64,000 nucleotides of DNA from Truepera sp. (GTDB lineage: Bacteria > Deinococcota > Deinococci > Deinococcales > Trueperaceae). This document shows, one piece after another, positions 51,628-64,000 of this stretch. Under the pieces are notes generated by a model. That model had not been told where the DNA came from. It made no database searches and worked only from the letters and a program-made list of their open reading frames with translations. A program made the position numbers and the translations under genes. The first letter of the stretch is position 1; every line of letters begins with the position of its first letter. Location: NCBI GenBank assembly GCA_965218435.1, contig CBDCKW010000009.1:1088001-1152000 (forward strand), written 5' to 3'.

Positions 51628-51660
51628 AAAATTGCAGAGACGTTTTGAGGAGGAGTAGAG

Positions 51661-51948
51661 ATGGCACTAAAACCACTGGGAGACCGAGTGATCGTCGAAG
51701 TTGTTGACGAGCCGCAAACCACGGCGAGCGGGATCGTTTTGCCCGACACCGCCAAAGAGAAAAGCCAACGCGGGAAAGTGATTGCCGTAGGACCGGGCAA
51801 GCTGCTCGACAACGGTGAACGTGCGGCGGTTGAAGTCAGTGAAGGCGACACCGTGATGTTCGCTAAATACGGCGGCACCGAGGTAACGCTAGACGGCCAA
51901 GACCTTATGATCTTGCAAGAACGCGACATTATCGCGGTTGTTGCGTAA
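51661..51948 (+). CDS. groES: Co-chaperonin GroES
   Basis: [28 protein letters not shown]. Confidence 0.98.
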   Translation: MALKPLGDRVIVEVVDEPQTTASGIVLPDTAKEKSQRGKVIAVGPGKLLDNGERAAVEVSEGDTVMFAKYGGTEVTLDGQDLMILQERDIIAVVA

Positions 51949-51961
51949 AACAGCTGCGTAA

Positions 51962-53641
<1,680 letters not shown>

Positions 53642-53672
53642 GTCCTGCTTACCCAGCAAATACCTACCAAAC

Positions 53673-53696
53673 AGGCGGCCTTCGGGCCGTCTTTTT
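53673..53696 (+). terminator. Rho-independent terminator of groESL
   Basis: AGGCGGCC-TTCG-GGCCGTCT-TTTT. Confidence 0.9.
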
Positions 53697-53708
53697 CGTT
53701 ATGCTTTC

Positions 53709-54569
53709 ATGGTGATTGAAGTGAAGCTCGAGACACCAACCCAACTCGCCGCTTACGAGGGTAGCCAACGGGTCGGCGCGGTCACCTTTACTCACAACAG
53801 GTTTCACTATCACCCCCGCATTTATACAGTGGCTTTTTCTAACTTTGCTACCAGTGTAGATGTTGCGGCGGTTGCGCACAAACTTTATGACTGTCTCGTT
53901 CAGGAATTACAACCGCACAGACCGCTGCTGTTGCGAACAGGTGTAGACGAAGGCGATCCTTTTTACGCTGCGCTTAGGGCGCTGGGATTTCGGGATTACA
54001 GACGAGTTTACAACCCAGTATTAGATGTTGCTGCGTTTGACCTCGAGCGTCTTAAAGAGGCCGAAACCACCTTTGCGGCGCTCGAGTATGAGCTCGTTCG
54101 GCTTTCAGATTTAACTTGGTCTGAGATTGAAACTGAGCTGTACACGCTTCATGTCGAGGTCTATAGGGACACCTCAACCGTCGTTCCTGCCACACCCGAA
54201 CAGTTCAGTCAAAGTGAGTGGCTGGGAGCCACTGTCAAAGCTGACGCAGTGATTCCCGAAGCGTTTTTTATCGCCATAAGAGACGGTGAGTTCGTCGGCT
54301 TCGGTAACTTGTTTCGTGGCGACCCAGGTGAACTCGAGACCGGTACTTTCGGTACCAAACGCCGCTACCGGCATCATCACAAAGAAATTATGCTGGCCAT
54401 CAAAGCGCGTGAAATTGCCTACGCCAAAACGCACGGTTATGAGACCATTCGGGCAGAAATTGACGCTGAAAACCCCTGGATACTGCAAATTTGTGCCGAA
54501 CTGCCCTTCGTGCAGGGCAAAGATCACCTCAGCTTGGTCAGAGTTATGAACTGGACGGTGGCGCTGTAA
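53709..54569 (+). CDS. GNAT-fold acetyltransferase-like protein
   Basis: GEFVGFGNL, FGTKRRYR, EIDAENPWIL pattern. Confidence 0.7.
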   Translation: MVIEVKLETPTQLAAYEGSQRVGAVTFTHNRFHYHPRIYTVAFSNFATSVDVAAVAHKLYDCLVQELQPHRPLLLRTGVDEGDPFYAALRALGFRDYRRVYNPVLDVAAFDLERLKEAETTFAALEYELVRLSDLTWSEIETELYTLHVEVYRDTSTVVPATPEQFSQSEWLGATVKADAVIPEAFFIAIRDGEFVGFGNLFRGDPGELETGTFGTKRRYRHHHKEIMLAIKAREIAYAKTHGYETIRAEIDAENPWILQICAELPFVQGKDHLSLVRVMNWTVAL

Positions 54570-54596
54570 AAGCCTTTTTACGCTGACTTCCGGCAG

Positions 54597-55049
54597 TTAC
54601 GACACGACTTTACGCGCGACGAGTTCGTCGTCCTCGAGCTCTCCTGTCTCAACGAAACCCAAAGTTTGGTAAAGCTGTCTTGCCACGGTATTTGTAGGCG
54701 AGTACGACAGCGCAAACTTGTTGCTACCGGTTTGTTCACCCAGTACGTTTACCGCTTCAGTGACGGCTGCTTTGCCATATCCCCGCCGTTGCTGCGCCCG
54801 GTCAACAAAGACACCGCCGAGCCAACAGCTTTTACCGTCATCAATCCCCCACATCATAAAACCGACAACCCGCTCGCCCGCGTAAATCGCCAGTGGGTTC
54901 CAAGTTCCGCCGTGGCAGCAAAGTGCCAGATAAAAGCTTGGTTCAGCGACAAAAGTGCGCTGCTCCGGGGTGACCCCTAAGCTCACCACCGCCCGCCAAT
55001 TGGTTTGATCTATAGGGCGTAAGGTAACCGGCAACCGGGCATCAGACAT
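54597..55049 (-). CDS. GNAT N-acetyltransferase (spermidine acetyltransferase-like)
   Basis: VDRAQQRRGYGK, NTVARQLYQTLGF. Confidence 0.88.
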   Translation of the reverse strand: MSDARLPVTLRPIDQTNWRAVVSLGVTPEQRTFVAEPSFYLALCCHGGTWNPLAIYAGERVVGFMMWGIDDGKSCWLGGVFVDRAQQRRGYGKAAVTEAVNVLGEQTGSNKFALSYSPTNTVARQLYQTLGFVETGELEDDELVARKVVS

Positions 55050-55074
55050 GTCAAAGCTGAGTATAGCAGTAGGT

Positions 55075-55091
55075 CTCAACTTCAAGTTGAG
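55075..55091. promoter_or_regulatory. Perfect dyad CTCAACTT-C-AAGTTGAG (MerR/SoxR-like operator)
   Basis: Palindrome just upstream of the TATACT -10 of the GNAT gene. Confidence 0.5.
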
Positions 55092-55347
55092 GGCTTTGCC
55101 GCTGTGCAGAGGGTTTGGACTAAAAGAGTTAGGCTGAGGCTCGAGCAGCTTTATGATGCGGTTCGGCTGACGCTAGTGCGCGGCCTAGCATCCGCTTTAC
55201 CTAAGGCTTGGGTTCATTATGCCGCGGTACTTATGATGATACAGTGATTATGCAGTTGTGGGTGGTCAGCACCCCGTCCAGTGAGGTACTTATCGCTACT
55301 AAACATACTCAGCTTGATCCGGTAACTTCTGGCGTGGTTTTGACCGT

Positions 55348-55860
55348 GTGCGGCGCTACGGGTTCAGCCTTAGAGCTTTAGCCATGGGCCTTAACCTCGT
55401 CGGTCAAGCTTCTTTGTCAGGGACAGCCACAGCTTCCGAGTCGGCTGACTGTTGTGAAGAACACCGCCGTGAAAAATGTTGCTGTGAAAAGCACCGCGAA
55501 AAAGCTCGAGACCATCTGCAAAAGGTGCTCTCAGGCGTATTGTACGCGCTGGCAGAGGTAGCGTCCGGCGAAGCGGTCGGTGACTTGGAGCGCAGCGTCT
55601 GGCACCTGCAGATGGCGTGCAACTATCTCAAGCTGGCTGCCGGCGAAACCGGCACAGCAGAGGCCGACACCGTAGATACGGCGAGAGAGAGATTAACCGA
55701 GCGATTTTTCTGGCTCCAGGCGTCAATGGTTCGTCACCGCGGCGCTGGGGGTCACGCCCAAGCCTTGTTAGAGGGGCTCGAGGTTATGGCCGCCGTGTCC
55801 TCCTTGCTCCCCGCCGACGCGTCAGCTGCCGAGTCACCCGGCGAGCAAACGTACGATTAA
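55348..55860 (+). CDS. Hypothetical protein (Cys-rich segment)
   Basis: 170-aa ORF filling the gap; start uncertain. Confidence 0.5.
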   Translation: MRRYGFSLRALAMGLNLVGQASLSGTATASESADCCEEHRREKCCCEKHREKARDHLQKVLSGVLYALAEVASGEAVGDLERSVWHLQMACNYLKLAAGETGTAEADTVDTARERLTERFFWLQASMVRHRGAGGHAQALLEGLEVMAAVSSLLPADASAAESPGEQTYD

Positions 55861-55936
55861 GCTCTACTCCCAAAATGCCGCTATAATCTGGCGCTGAGCA
55901 ACTGTCTCACTACCCGCGCGGGGTAGACTCGGAGTC

Positions 55937-56791
55937 ATGACTACGATTGCAGTAACCGGCGGCAGCGGCAAACTAGGTCGCGCCTGTATCAAAGACCTGT
56001 TGGCTCACGGCTACACCGTTGTCAACCTCGACGCAAACGCGCCGCACCCGCAACTCTGCCACTTTACCCAAACCGATTTTGCCGACTTCGGTTCGACGAT
56101 AGACGCGCTGGCCGGGTCGGACGACCGTTACCCGAAAGTAGACGCCGTGGTTCACCTCGCCGCGTACCCGGCTCCGGGTCTCGTGTCCAACGCCGCACTC
56201 TTTGCCAACAACACTTTAAGCACCTACAATGTCTTCGCCGCGTCGCGCATTTTAGGCATTACCAATGTCGTATGGGCTTCTTCGGAGACCCTTTTGGGCA
56301 TTCCCTTTAACGACCCGCCCCCCTACATTCCTTTGGATGAAGATTACCCAGTACGCCCCGAATCGTCGTACTCGCTCTCCAAAGAACTCGGTGAGGTGAT
56401 GGCGGAGCAGTTTTGCCGCTGGGAACCCGAGCTGAAGATTATCGGTTTACGCTTTTCCAACGTGATGGACCCGGAAGACTACGCCGAATTTCCGAGCTTC
56501 GACGCCGACGCGATGACGCGCAAATGGAACCTGTGGGCTTATATTGACGCCCGTGACGGTGCTCAAGCCATCCGTAAAGCGGTTGAACACGAAGGCAAAG
56601 GCGCGGACGTGTTTATCATCGCCAACGCCGACACCGTGATGACCCGGCCCAACGCCGAACTAATCCAAGAAGTGTTTCCAGGTGTGCCGATGAAACGCGA
56701 GGTTGAGCCGAATGAAACGCTTTTGTCTATTGACAAGGCGCGCCGGGTGCTGGGGTATGAGCCGGAGCATTCGTGGCGGGATGAAGTTTAG
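55937..56791 (+). CDS. NAD-dependent epimerase/dehydratase (extended SDR)
   Basis: TGGSGKLG, YSLSK. Confidence 0.9.
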   Translation: MTTIAVTGGSGKLGRACIKDLLAHGYTVVNLDANAPHPQLCHFTQTDFADFGSTIDALAGSDDRYPKVDAVVHLAAYPAPGLVSNAALFANNTLSTYNVFAASRILGITNVVWASSETLLGIPFNDPPPYIPLDEDYPVRPESSYSLSKELGEVMAEQFCRWEPELKIIGLRFSNVMDPEDYAEFPSFDADAMTRKWNLWAYIDARDGAQAIRKAVEHEGKGADVFIIANADTVMTRPNAELIQEVFPGVPMKREVEPNETLLSIDKARRVLGYEPEHSWRDEV

Positions 56792-57525
56792 CGGGGATTG
56801 GTTTCAGGCGAGGGCTCGAGTCTGACAGGTAGGTAGAAGTGTGAAAAGGCAGAGGGTGTGCCGTCGGTCAGGGTAAAAGGCTGCCAAAGAATATGGAGCT
56901 TTAGGTTGGTCTCGAGCGGTGAAACGGGTTTCCCCGAAGTATCTACGATGCGGTAAACTGTTGGGCCACCCGGTTTGCCAAGTGCGCCGACGGCTTTGGA
57001 ACCTGCCACCCACATATATTTCTCAGGGGAAAAGCCGAGGCCCCCGACAAGGGTTGGAGACGCGGCAGAAGCAAGGTAGCGTCGCGCCTTTTGACGAGGT
57101 AATTGAAGTGGTCCACCTACTCTGAAAGTTCCCTTTTTGTTAGTGCTCAGCTCCACATGGAATACATAACCACAAGTACGGTCAAAGATGGAAACGCGGT
57201 AGGCATCCCAGTTGTAAAAGTCATCTTGGGGCGTGAAAACAAAATCAGGTTGTTTCCTCCGCGCTTCTGCAATGCGCCGTTGCAACCGTTGACGATCTTG
57301 TGACATGGGGTGAATGAGGGAGTGAACGAAAACAGGTTTTCCCGGATAAAGTCTCTTGGCTTTGGGAGAACAGCTTTTCTCGAGATAAGCCGGGGGATAA
57401 CCATAAGTGGGTCTTGCCAGCACAGCTCGAGCACTCTCGAGCGCCGACTGTTTAATCTGTGCGGTGTTCTCCTGGGCAAAGGCGCATGTGAGCAACAAAA
57501 AGAGGCTTAGCAGGCAGACTTTCAT
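56788..57525 (-). CDS. Secreted hypothetical protein, paralog 1
   Basis: Signal peptide MKVCLLSLFLLLTCAFA; similar to the neighbouring gene. Confidence 0.8.
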   Translation of the reverse strand: MKVCLLSLFLLLTCAFAQENTAQIKQSALESARAVLARPTYGYPPAYLEKSCSPKAKRLYPGKPVFVHSLIHPMSQDRQRLQRRIAEARRKQPDFVFTPQDDFYNWDAYRVSIFDRTCGYVFHVELSTNKKGTFRVGGPLQLPRQKARRYLASAASPTLVGGLGFSPEKYMWVAGSKAVGALGKPGGPTVYRIVDTSGKPVSPLETNLKLHILWQPFTLTDGTPSAFSHFYLPVRLEPSPETNPR

Positions 57526-57551
57526 TCAGCTAAATCTAGCACACTGAGGTC

Positions 57552-58304
57552 TTACGGTTTTGAAGGGAGGGGCTCGAGCTTAATAGGAAGCTGAAAATGC
57601 CAATACGCCGAAGGGTCGCCCATCGAAGTTACAAACGACTCACGAAAGATGCGCGTTTTCAATTTTGTCTTTAGCGGTGATACAGGTCTGCCCGAACGGT
57701 TTACAATCCGGTAAACCTTATGCTTGCCAAATGCTTCAACAGCCTTAGTGTCTGATACCCAAAGATAACCGTCATTTTCAGGAGTAAGGGACTCGTAGAA
57801 AGCGATAAATACAGGAAGTTGCTTAGTGCCAAGCAGCCTTTGTGCTGTTTTCGCGCTTATAGGTTTGAACTCTCCCGCTACTGAGGGAGCATATAGCCCG
57901 GTTCTTGACCGGATATGAAAAAGATAACCGCATACGCGGTCATAAATAGGTACTTCATAAAAATCTCGGTTAAGTTTGGCAGCCTCTACTTCACCTTTAG
58001 GGTCACCGATGAAACCGGGTTCTTTCATGGCCCGAGCGACCCGCGTCCGTAGCCGTTCGAGATCACGTCGAGTCGGATGTATAAGGGTGCGTACTAGAAA
58101 AGGACGCCCAACATAAAGCTGGTTTTTACTGAGCGCACAGCGGTTCGCACCTTCATCTTTACCGAAGAACCGCCCGTCAGCGTTAAAGAAAGGGGTTTGA
58201 ATCATGGTTTGAGCCGTTTTAAGCGCCACCTGTTTAATCTGCGCGGTGCTATGGGCAAAGGCGCACGTAAGCATTAGAACGAAGCTCAGCAGGCAAATTT
58301 TCAT
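57552..58304 (-). CDS. Secreted hypothetical protein, paralog 2
   Basis: Signal peptide MKICLLSFVLMLTCAFA; shares DRxCGYxFH and YRIVxxSGxPVSPL. Confidence 0.8.
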   Translation of the reverse strand: MKICLLSFVLMLTCAFAHSTAQIKQVALKTAQTMIQTPFFNADGRFFGKDEGANRCALSKNQLYVGRPFLVRTLIHPTRRDLERLRTRVARAMKEPGFIGDPKGEVEAAKLNRDFYEVPIYDRVCGYLFHIRSRTGLYAPSVAGEFKPISAKTAQRLLGTKQLPVFIAFYESLTPENDGYLWVSDTKAVEAFGKHKVYRIVNRSGRPVSPLKTKLKTRIFRESFVTSMGDPSAYWHFQLPIKLEPLPSKP

Positions 58305-58330
58305 CGAACTAAAGTTAGCACACTGAGGGC

Positions 58331-58360
58331 TTAAAGTTTTGAAGGAGGGGGCTCGAGCCT
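58331..58360 (-). pseudogene. 3' remnant of a third paralog
   Basis: Encodes RLEPPPSKL*, matching KLEPLPSKP*, followed by the same intergenic spacer. Confidence 0.55.
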
Positions 58361-58403
58361 GTTGAAGACAGTAGTAAAATAGCCAAGAAGGAGGATGTTC
58401 AAG

Positions 58404-59042
58404 ATGCCACAACGTGAACGCTTAAAAGCTGACCTGAAAAAAGCGATGAAAGCACGCGAAAGCCAAACTGTTACGGTGCTCCGTTCGCTGTTAGCTGCTA
58501 TTGACAATGCAGAAGCTGTAGAACTCGGTACGTCATCTAGTTTCGTTATAGGGCGGGCTAACGATGTACCAAGAAAAGCTTTGAGTGAAGCTCAAATACG
58601 TGAGGTTTTGCGGGGTGAAGTCGAAGAATTGCAGACTGCGGTAGCGGAATATGAACGTTTGGGTAAACTCGAGGAAGCCGAAACCCTTTCTAAAGCTCTG
58701 GATGTGGCTAGTGGGTATGTTTCGGAAACTCCAACCGAAAATTATCTGTACCATAAACTTAGCTTTCAGAGGGGAGAGGAAACCGACGCTTTTGTCAGGG
58801 CGCTACAGCGGTTTCTCGATAGTCCTCGAGGTAGCGTCTATATAAGCGGGCCGCAGAGTACCGAAATTTGGACAACTCGGGAGCTTGCCGACGACCCGCT
58901 TGAGGTCTACCTAAATGACAGTGCGCTTGCAGCTACAGAAGCGGCGTTTGCACCGGCACCTGTTCAAAACACGCAGTACGGCGACAGCTTACCCAATGAC
59001 ATGGTGCTGTGGTTGCGCGGAACTACCTTGAATCTTGGGTAA
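58404..59042 (+). CDS. YqeY-like N-terminal domain fused to an unknown C-terminal domain
   Basis: LKKAMKARE...LRSLLAAIDNAEA; AAGGAGG RBS. Confidence 0.7.
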   Translation: MPQRERLKADLKKAMKARESQTVTVLRSLLAAIDNAEAVELGTSSSFVIGRANDVPRKALSEAQIREVLRGEVEELQTAVAEYERLGKLEEAETLSKALDVASGYVSETPTENYLYHKLSFQRGEETDAFVRALQRFLDSPRGSVYISGPQSTEIWTTRELADDPLEVYLNDSALAATEAAFAPAPVQNTQYGDSLPNDMVLWLRGTTLNLG

Positions 59043-59092
59043 ACTTTTTATGCTCCGAACTCATTATTCGCCACACTTTGAGACTTCTTACT

Positions 59093-59476
59093 TTACAAAT
59101 ATCTGCCGAGCATGACCATCTTCTCACTCGTGTAAAACCCGCACGCATGGTAGAACGCTTCGGCGGAACGGCCGCCGGTTGTCAGCAAGTATATTTTAGC
59201 TACGCCTTGCTGCTCGAGGTTGGCCTCGAGCCTTTTTAACAACGCTTTCCCGACCCCTTGACCCTGATGTTCAGCCAAAACACACATCTCTGAAAGGTAA
59301 AACTGCATGTTCTGGTCCCGCTGTTCGACGCGTCCTAAAGCGAATCCGACGACGCTACCTTCGGTTTCAGCAACGACGCCCGACGAACGCGGCGTAGCCA
59401 AAAGGTCTTGCAAGTAGGTCCGTGCTTTGCCCGAAGTCCAAGCCTCGCCCCACGGCTCACCGTTAAAAACGCGCAC
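59093..59476 (-). CDS. GNAT acetyltransferase (frame stays open upstream to the guaB stop, no clear start)
   Basis: FNGEPWGEAW, EMCVLAEHQGQGVG. Confidence 0.8.
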   Translation of the reverse strand: MRVFNGEPWGEAWTSGKARTYLQDLLATPRSSGVVAETEGSVVGFALGRVEQRDQNMQFYLSEMCVLAEHQGQGVGKALLKRLEANLEQQGVAKIYLLTTGGRSAEAFYHACGFYTSEKMVMLGRYL

Positions 59477-59535
59477 AAAAACCTCGGCACTTTGGGCAAG
59501 GTGACACGTTTCAAAAGGTAGCAGTTTGACGGGAG

Positions 59536-61032
<1,497 letters not shown>

Positions 61033-61110
61033 TTACCCACTTTCTTGACATTTAGCACAGGTAGGACTGAGTTTGGCTGCGCTCTTTGAGGCAGCTCGAG
61101 GTACTCCATC

Positions 61111-61503
61111 CTAAAGGGTTGCCACGTGTGGGTAAAGCGCCTCAAGCCACACCTTCGGCAGTCTCAAGGCGCGTCCGGTTTGATCTACCGGGATGTGCAG
61201 GCTGTCGCCGGTGGCAATTACTTCGTCGCCCCGGGTGACTACATAGTGATAACGGGCGCGGCGGCTTTTGAGTTCGGTCAGGTTAGCGTCAACGAAAAGT
61301 TCATCGTCAAACCGGCTGCTTTTTAGGTACTCTACATTGACCGCGCTTACGGCGAGCGAGATACCCGAGTCCTCGAGCCTCCGGTAGTCAAGCCCTCTGG
61401 CCCGTAACCATTCGACGCGGGCCGCCTCGAACCAGATGATATAGGCGCTGTGATGCGCGACGCCCATCTGATCGGTTTCGGCAAAACGGACGCGTAGGTT
61501 CAT
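61111..61503 (-). CDS. Acyl-CoA thioesterase (YbgC/FadM hotdog family)
   Basis: RVRFAETDQMGVAHH. Confidence 0.9.
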   Translation of the reverse strand: MNLRVRFAETDQMGVAHHSAYIIWFEAARVEWLRARGLDYRRLEDSGISLAVSAVNVEYLKSSRFDDELFVDANLTELKSRRARYHYVVTRGDEVIATGDSLHIPVDQTGRALRLPKVWLEALYPHVATL

Positions 61504-61679
61504 GTTACCGGCTTACCTTACGCAGTTTGTTCTCGGCAGCTAGCTTTGGAGACAAGTGTAAGAAATGGAGCCTACAGGAGAGAGAATCAAACAGGTGTTC
61601 TGTGTTCTGCATTCTGCACTCTGGAGCTTCCCGGCATTTGTGTACTGACAGCTTACGCACAAAGCGAGTTGGTAGCAAG

Positions 61680-61973
61680 CTACAGGACCTCGAGTGGATT
61701 ATCCGTAAAAATCAGCTTCGGCGTCCGGCGCAGGTCCAAATCATTGGCCAACTCACGTTGTAAAAAACCGCTGGCCCGCGCCAGAGCGTCCTGAAAGTCG
61801 GGCATATCAGCTTTGTTTAAGGTACTCACCAGCACTTTGGCCTGCGAATAATCGTTATTAAGTTTGACCCGCTCGACCGTCACGACGAGCGGAATCCGGG
61901 GGTCTTTAAGTTGTGGGATCAGCTCGCCTAAAGCGCGGACGAGGGTGCGTTCGTTGCGTTCACGTGCGTCCAT
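61680..61973 (-). CDS. rbfA: Ribosome-binding factor A
   Basis: LKDPRI, ASGFLQREL, LRRTPKLIF. Confidence 0.92.
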   Translation of the reverse strand: MDARERNERTLVRALGELIPQLKDPRIPLVVTVERVKLNNDYSQAKVLVSTLNKADMPDFQDALARASGFLQRELANDLDLRRTPKLIFTDNPLEVL

Positions 61974-62416
61974 CCGAGTAGGATAACGCACGCACGGCGT
62001 CGACTTTGAAAGCTCTGACGGTCGCCGTGTCAATAAAGCGCGGAGACGGGCAAGAACAGAACAAAAGATTCCTGGTAGCCGCCCCTAACTCGAGGCTGGT
62101 GTATAGACAGTAAGTCCGGTGGTTTGGTAAATTCTGCCAGCACTGCTCAGGAAGAAATAAGATTTTCACGAGCAAGAATATTGTGAAATTAGTTACTTAT
62201 TAGTCGCTCGGTCGGCCAGCTCTTGGTTTTGAGCAGCTGCCGGGTACGCAAACATCACTTTGGCGGCGAATCTTTAGAAGCGTTGCCGGTTCAAGCGGTT
62301 TGGCAGCCAGCGTCATAGGCGAGCGTTTAGCAGCACGCTTACGGAGACAAGGTAAACAGCCTGGATGCTCGAGGTCGGCACCTAGGCTGTTACAGGCTGA
62401 ATATGTCTAAGGCCGT

Positions 62417-63430
62417 TTAAGGCGTCGCAGGTAGGACATTACGGACGAGCAGCACCGCGTCGTTAAAATCGTTGAGCCGGTTCGACTCGTCGGTAGCGAG
62501 GACGTAGGTGGTCTCACCGTTTTGTCTGGCTAACGGATAGACCCGGACGTGATGCGAGGTCGTGTCGAAGGTATTGCGTAAGTCTTCGGTATAAACCGTG
62601 CGCGCTTTGAAAAAACGGGTCGTCGGCCAAAACGAATAAAACCCAAAGGGTTCAGCAGTGGGGGAGAAGCTCACGACGCCCGCGGAAGCTGCGCCTGCTG
62701 GAACGATCGCAGGTTCAAGCCGCTGCCCGTTAAGCGTCGGCGAGGTGGGCAGGCTCAGGAGCTTTTGCAGCGTCGGTTGCGCTTCGCCCGCTTCGTAATA
62801 ACCGAATTCAAAAACCGGTTCGACGTCCGGCACCGCGAACGCCGCGAGCACCTGAACGCGCACCGGTTTGGCCGGGTCAGCGCGGACGAAGGTCTGCGCT
62901 CTAACCTCGTCGCCCAAAAGATAATCTGCCGGTTTCTCTACCAGTGGCGAGGTAGCCGGGTCGCGGTCACCGGTTTGCAGCGGAAAGCCGTAGGTGTCAA
63001 AAATCCACTGAAGCGAAGGTTCGGCGGTACCGTTTTGGTCTCTGACACTGAGCCCTCCCAGCACAACGCTGCCGCCGGCAAGCTCTAATGTGGCGTGTTG
63101 CGGGCCGAAGTCACCGGCAACCGGCGTAAAGGTCACGGTGAGGTCTAGGGCCTGCCCCGCGCTAAGCTCGAAGGGCGCACTGTTTGGCAGCGCAAACTGC
63201 GCCGCGTCCTCGCCGGTGATGCCGGGGAAAACCTCGAGCTTGTCCGTCCCCGTATTGGTCATTCGGAGCGTTTGCGAATCGTGCCCGATACTCCCCCCGG
63301 CGGTAAACACGAGCATGTCGCGGCTAAGTTGGGGTGCGTCCGTTCCAGGTTCAACAGTCTCTTTAGTTGCGCTGCACCCCGCCAACGTTAGGCCGAGCAC
63401 CAGCAGCAAATACGGCGTCCTATAGTTCAA
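62417..63430 (-). CDS. Lipoprotein with an Ig-like domain and a beta-rich C-terminal domain
   Basis: LAGC lipobox; NTGTDKL...VTFTP Ig-like pattern; NDFNDAV at the C-terminus. Confidence 0.75.
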   Translation of the reverse strand: MNYRTPYLLLVLGLTLAGCSATKETVEPGTDAPQLSRDMLVFTAGGSIGHDSQTLRMTNTGTDKLEVFPGITGEDAAQFALPNSAPFELSAGQALDLTVTFTPVAGDFGPQHATLELAGGSVVLGGLSVRDQNGTAEPSLQWIFDTYGFPLQTGDRDPATSPLVEKPADYLLGDEVRAQTFVRADPAKPVRVQVLAAFAVPDVEPVFEFGYYEAGEAQPTLQKLLSLPTSPTLNGQRLEPAIVPAGAASAGVVSFSPTAEPFGFYSFWPTTRFFKARTVYTEDLRNTFDTTSHHVRVYPLARQNGETTYVLATDESNRLNDFNDAVLLVRNVLPATP

Positions 63431-63886
63431 GTTGATCTACCCCTTCTCAATAACCCTGTTCTCGGTAACCCTGTTCTCAGGGAGCGTGTTCTCGGCAACT
63501 TCGGCATAAAAGCAGACTAGCAGACTGTCCAACTGCGCCGCTGTACTTAACGACAAGTTGTGTGACAGCGCCCTTTTGTACAACTAAATGTTCTGCGTAA
63601 TAAGCCCGCAAAGTATGCTTTATAGCGTGCTGAACAGCAAACATCTGCTTGTGCGGCTCGAGGGGCTAACTGTCTTGTCCTGAACGAAGAAAGTAGCCGT
63701 TTTTCTCACTATTTCGCAGAAGATTTACTTTATAACGCGACAATGCGGTTGCAATTCGTTTCAACCTCGCTTTGCACCGTTTTGTAAAGAACGCCAGCGG
63801 TGAACCGGGCCGTAAGTAGGCTGAAAAAGTCTCAAGCTGCTCTCTTGATTCGCACTTCTGTTAAAAAACCCCTTACAATAACCTCT

Positions 63887-64000
63887 ATGAGGCGTTACGC
63901 GTTACTAAGGCCCACCGAACTGGCGCAACTCGCAGAGCTTAGCGAGCGGCACGAAGAGTTGATGCAGCAGCTCGAGGCCGACACGCAGGGCGCGCTGCTT
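63887..64000 (+). CDS. Partial CDS (runs off window)
   Basis: TACAAT -10, 7 nt, then ATG; open frame MRRYALLRPTELAQLAEL... Confidence 0.6.
   Translation, partial: MRRYALLRPTELAQLAELSERHEELMQQLEADTQGALL

Overview
64-kb chromosomal window from a GC-rich bacterium, very probably Deinococcota and Truepera-like. Evidence: a GlnRS-YqeY fusion, many genes with a TANNNT -10 box directly before the start codon, and an aqualysin-like S8 lipoprotein. Core genes: carA, dtd, udg, recN, glnS, groES/groEL (CIRCE plus a HAIR-like site), guaB, rbfA. Accessory content: a type III PKS cluster; three Tat-exported sulfatases, one a pseudogene; a sugar transferase/formyltransferase/deacetylase mini-operon; a TRAP + malonyl-CoA decarboxylase + class III CoA-transferase operon; sqdB/sqdX sulfolipid genes; a tandem array of paralogous secreted proteins; and a lower-GC 1.1-kaa HD + HSP90-like ATPase gene that is a candidate defence protein. 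Two IS5-family elements with TA duplications split a HIT gene and an astacin-like protease gene. Both IS copies appear inactivated by tiny hairpin insertions, including two copies of a 36-38 bp element inserted after CCAY with no target duplication. Other signals: strong CTCGAG over-representation, a three-hairpin MITE-like element, a probable group II intron 5' fragment, an orphan consensus promoter with a palindromic operator, and an unannotated leaderless 36-aa membrane sORF. No rRNA, tRNA or CRISPR array was seen. All calls are by-eye motif recognition; no database search was run.
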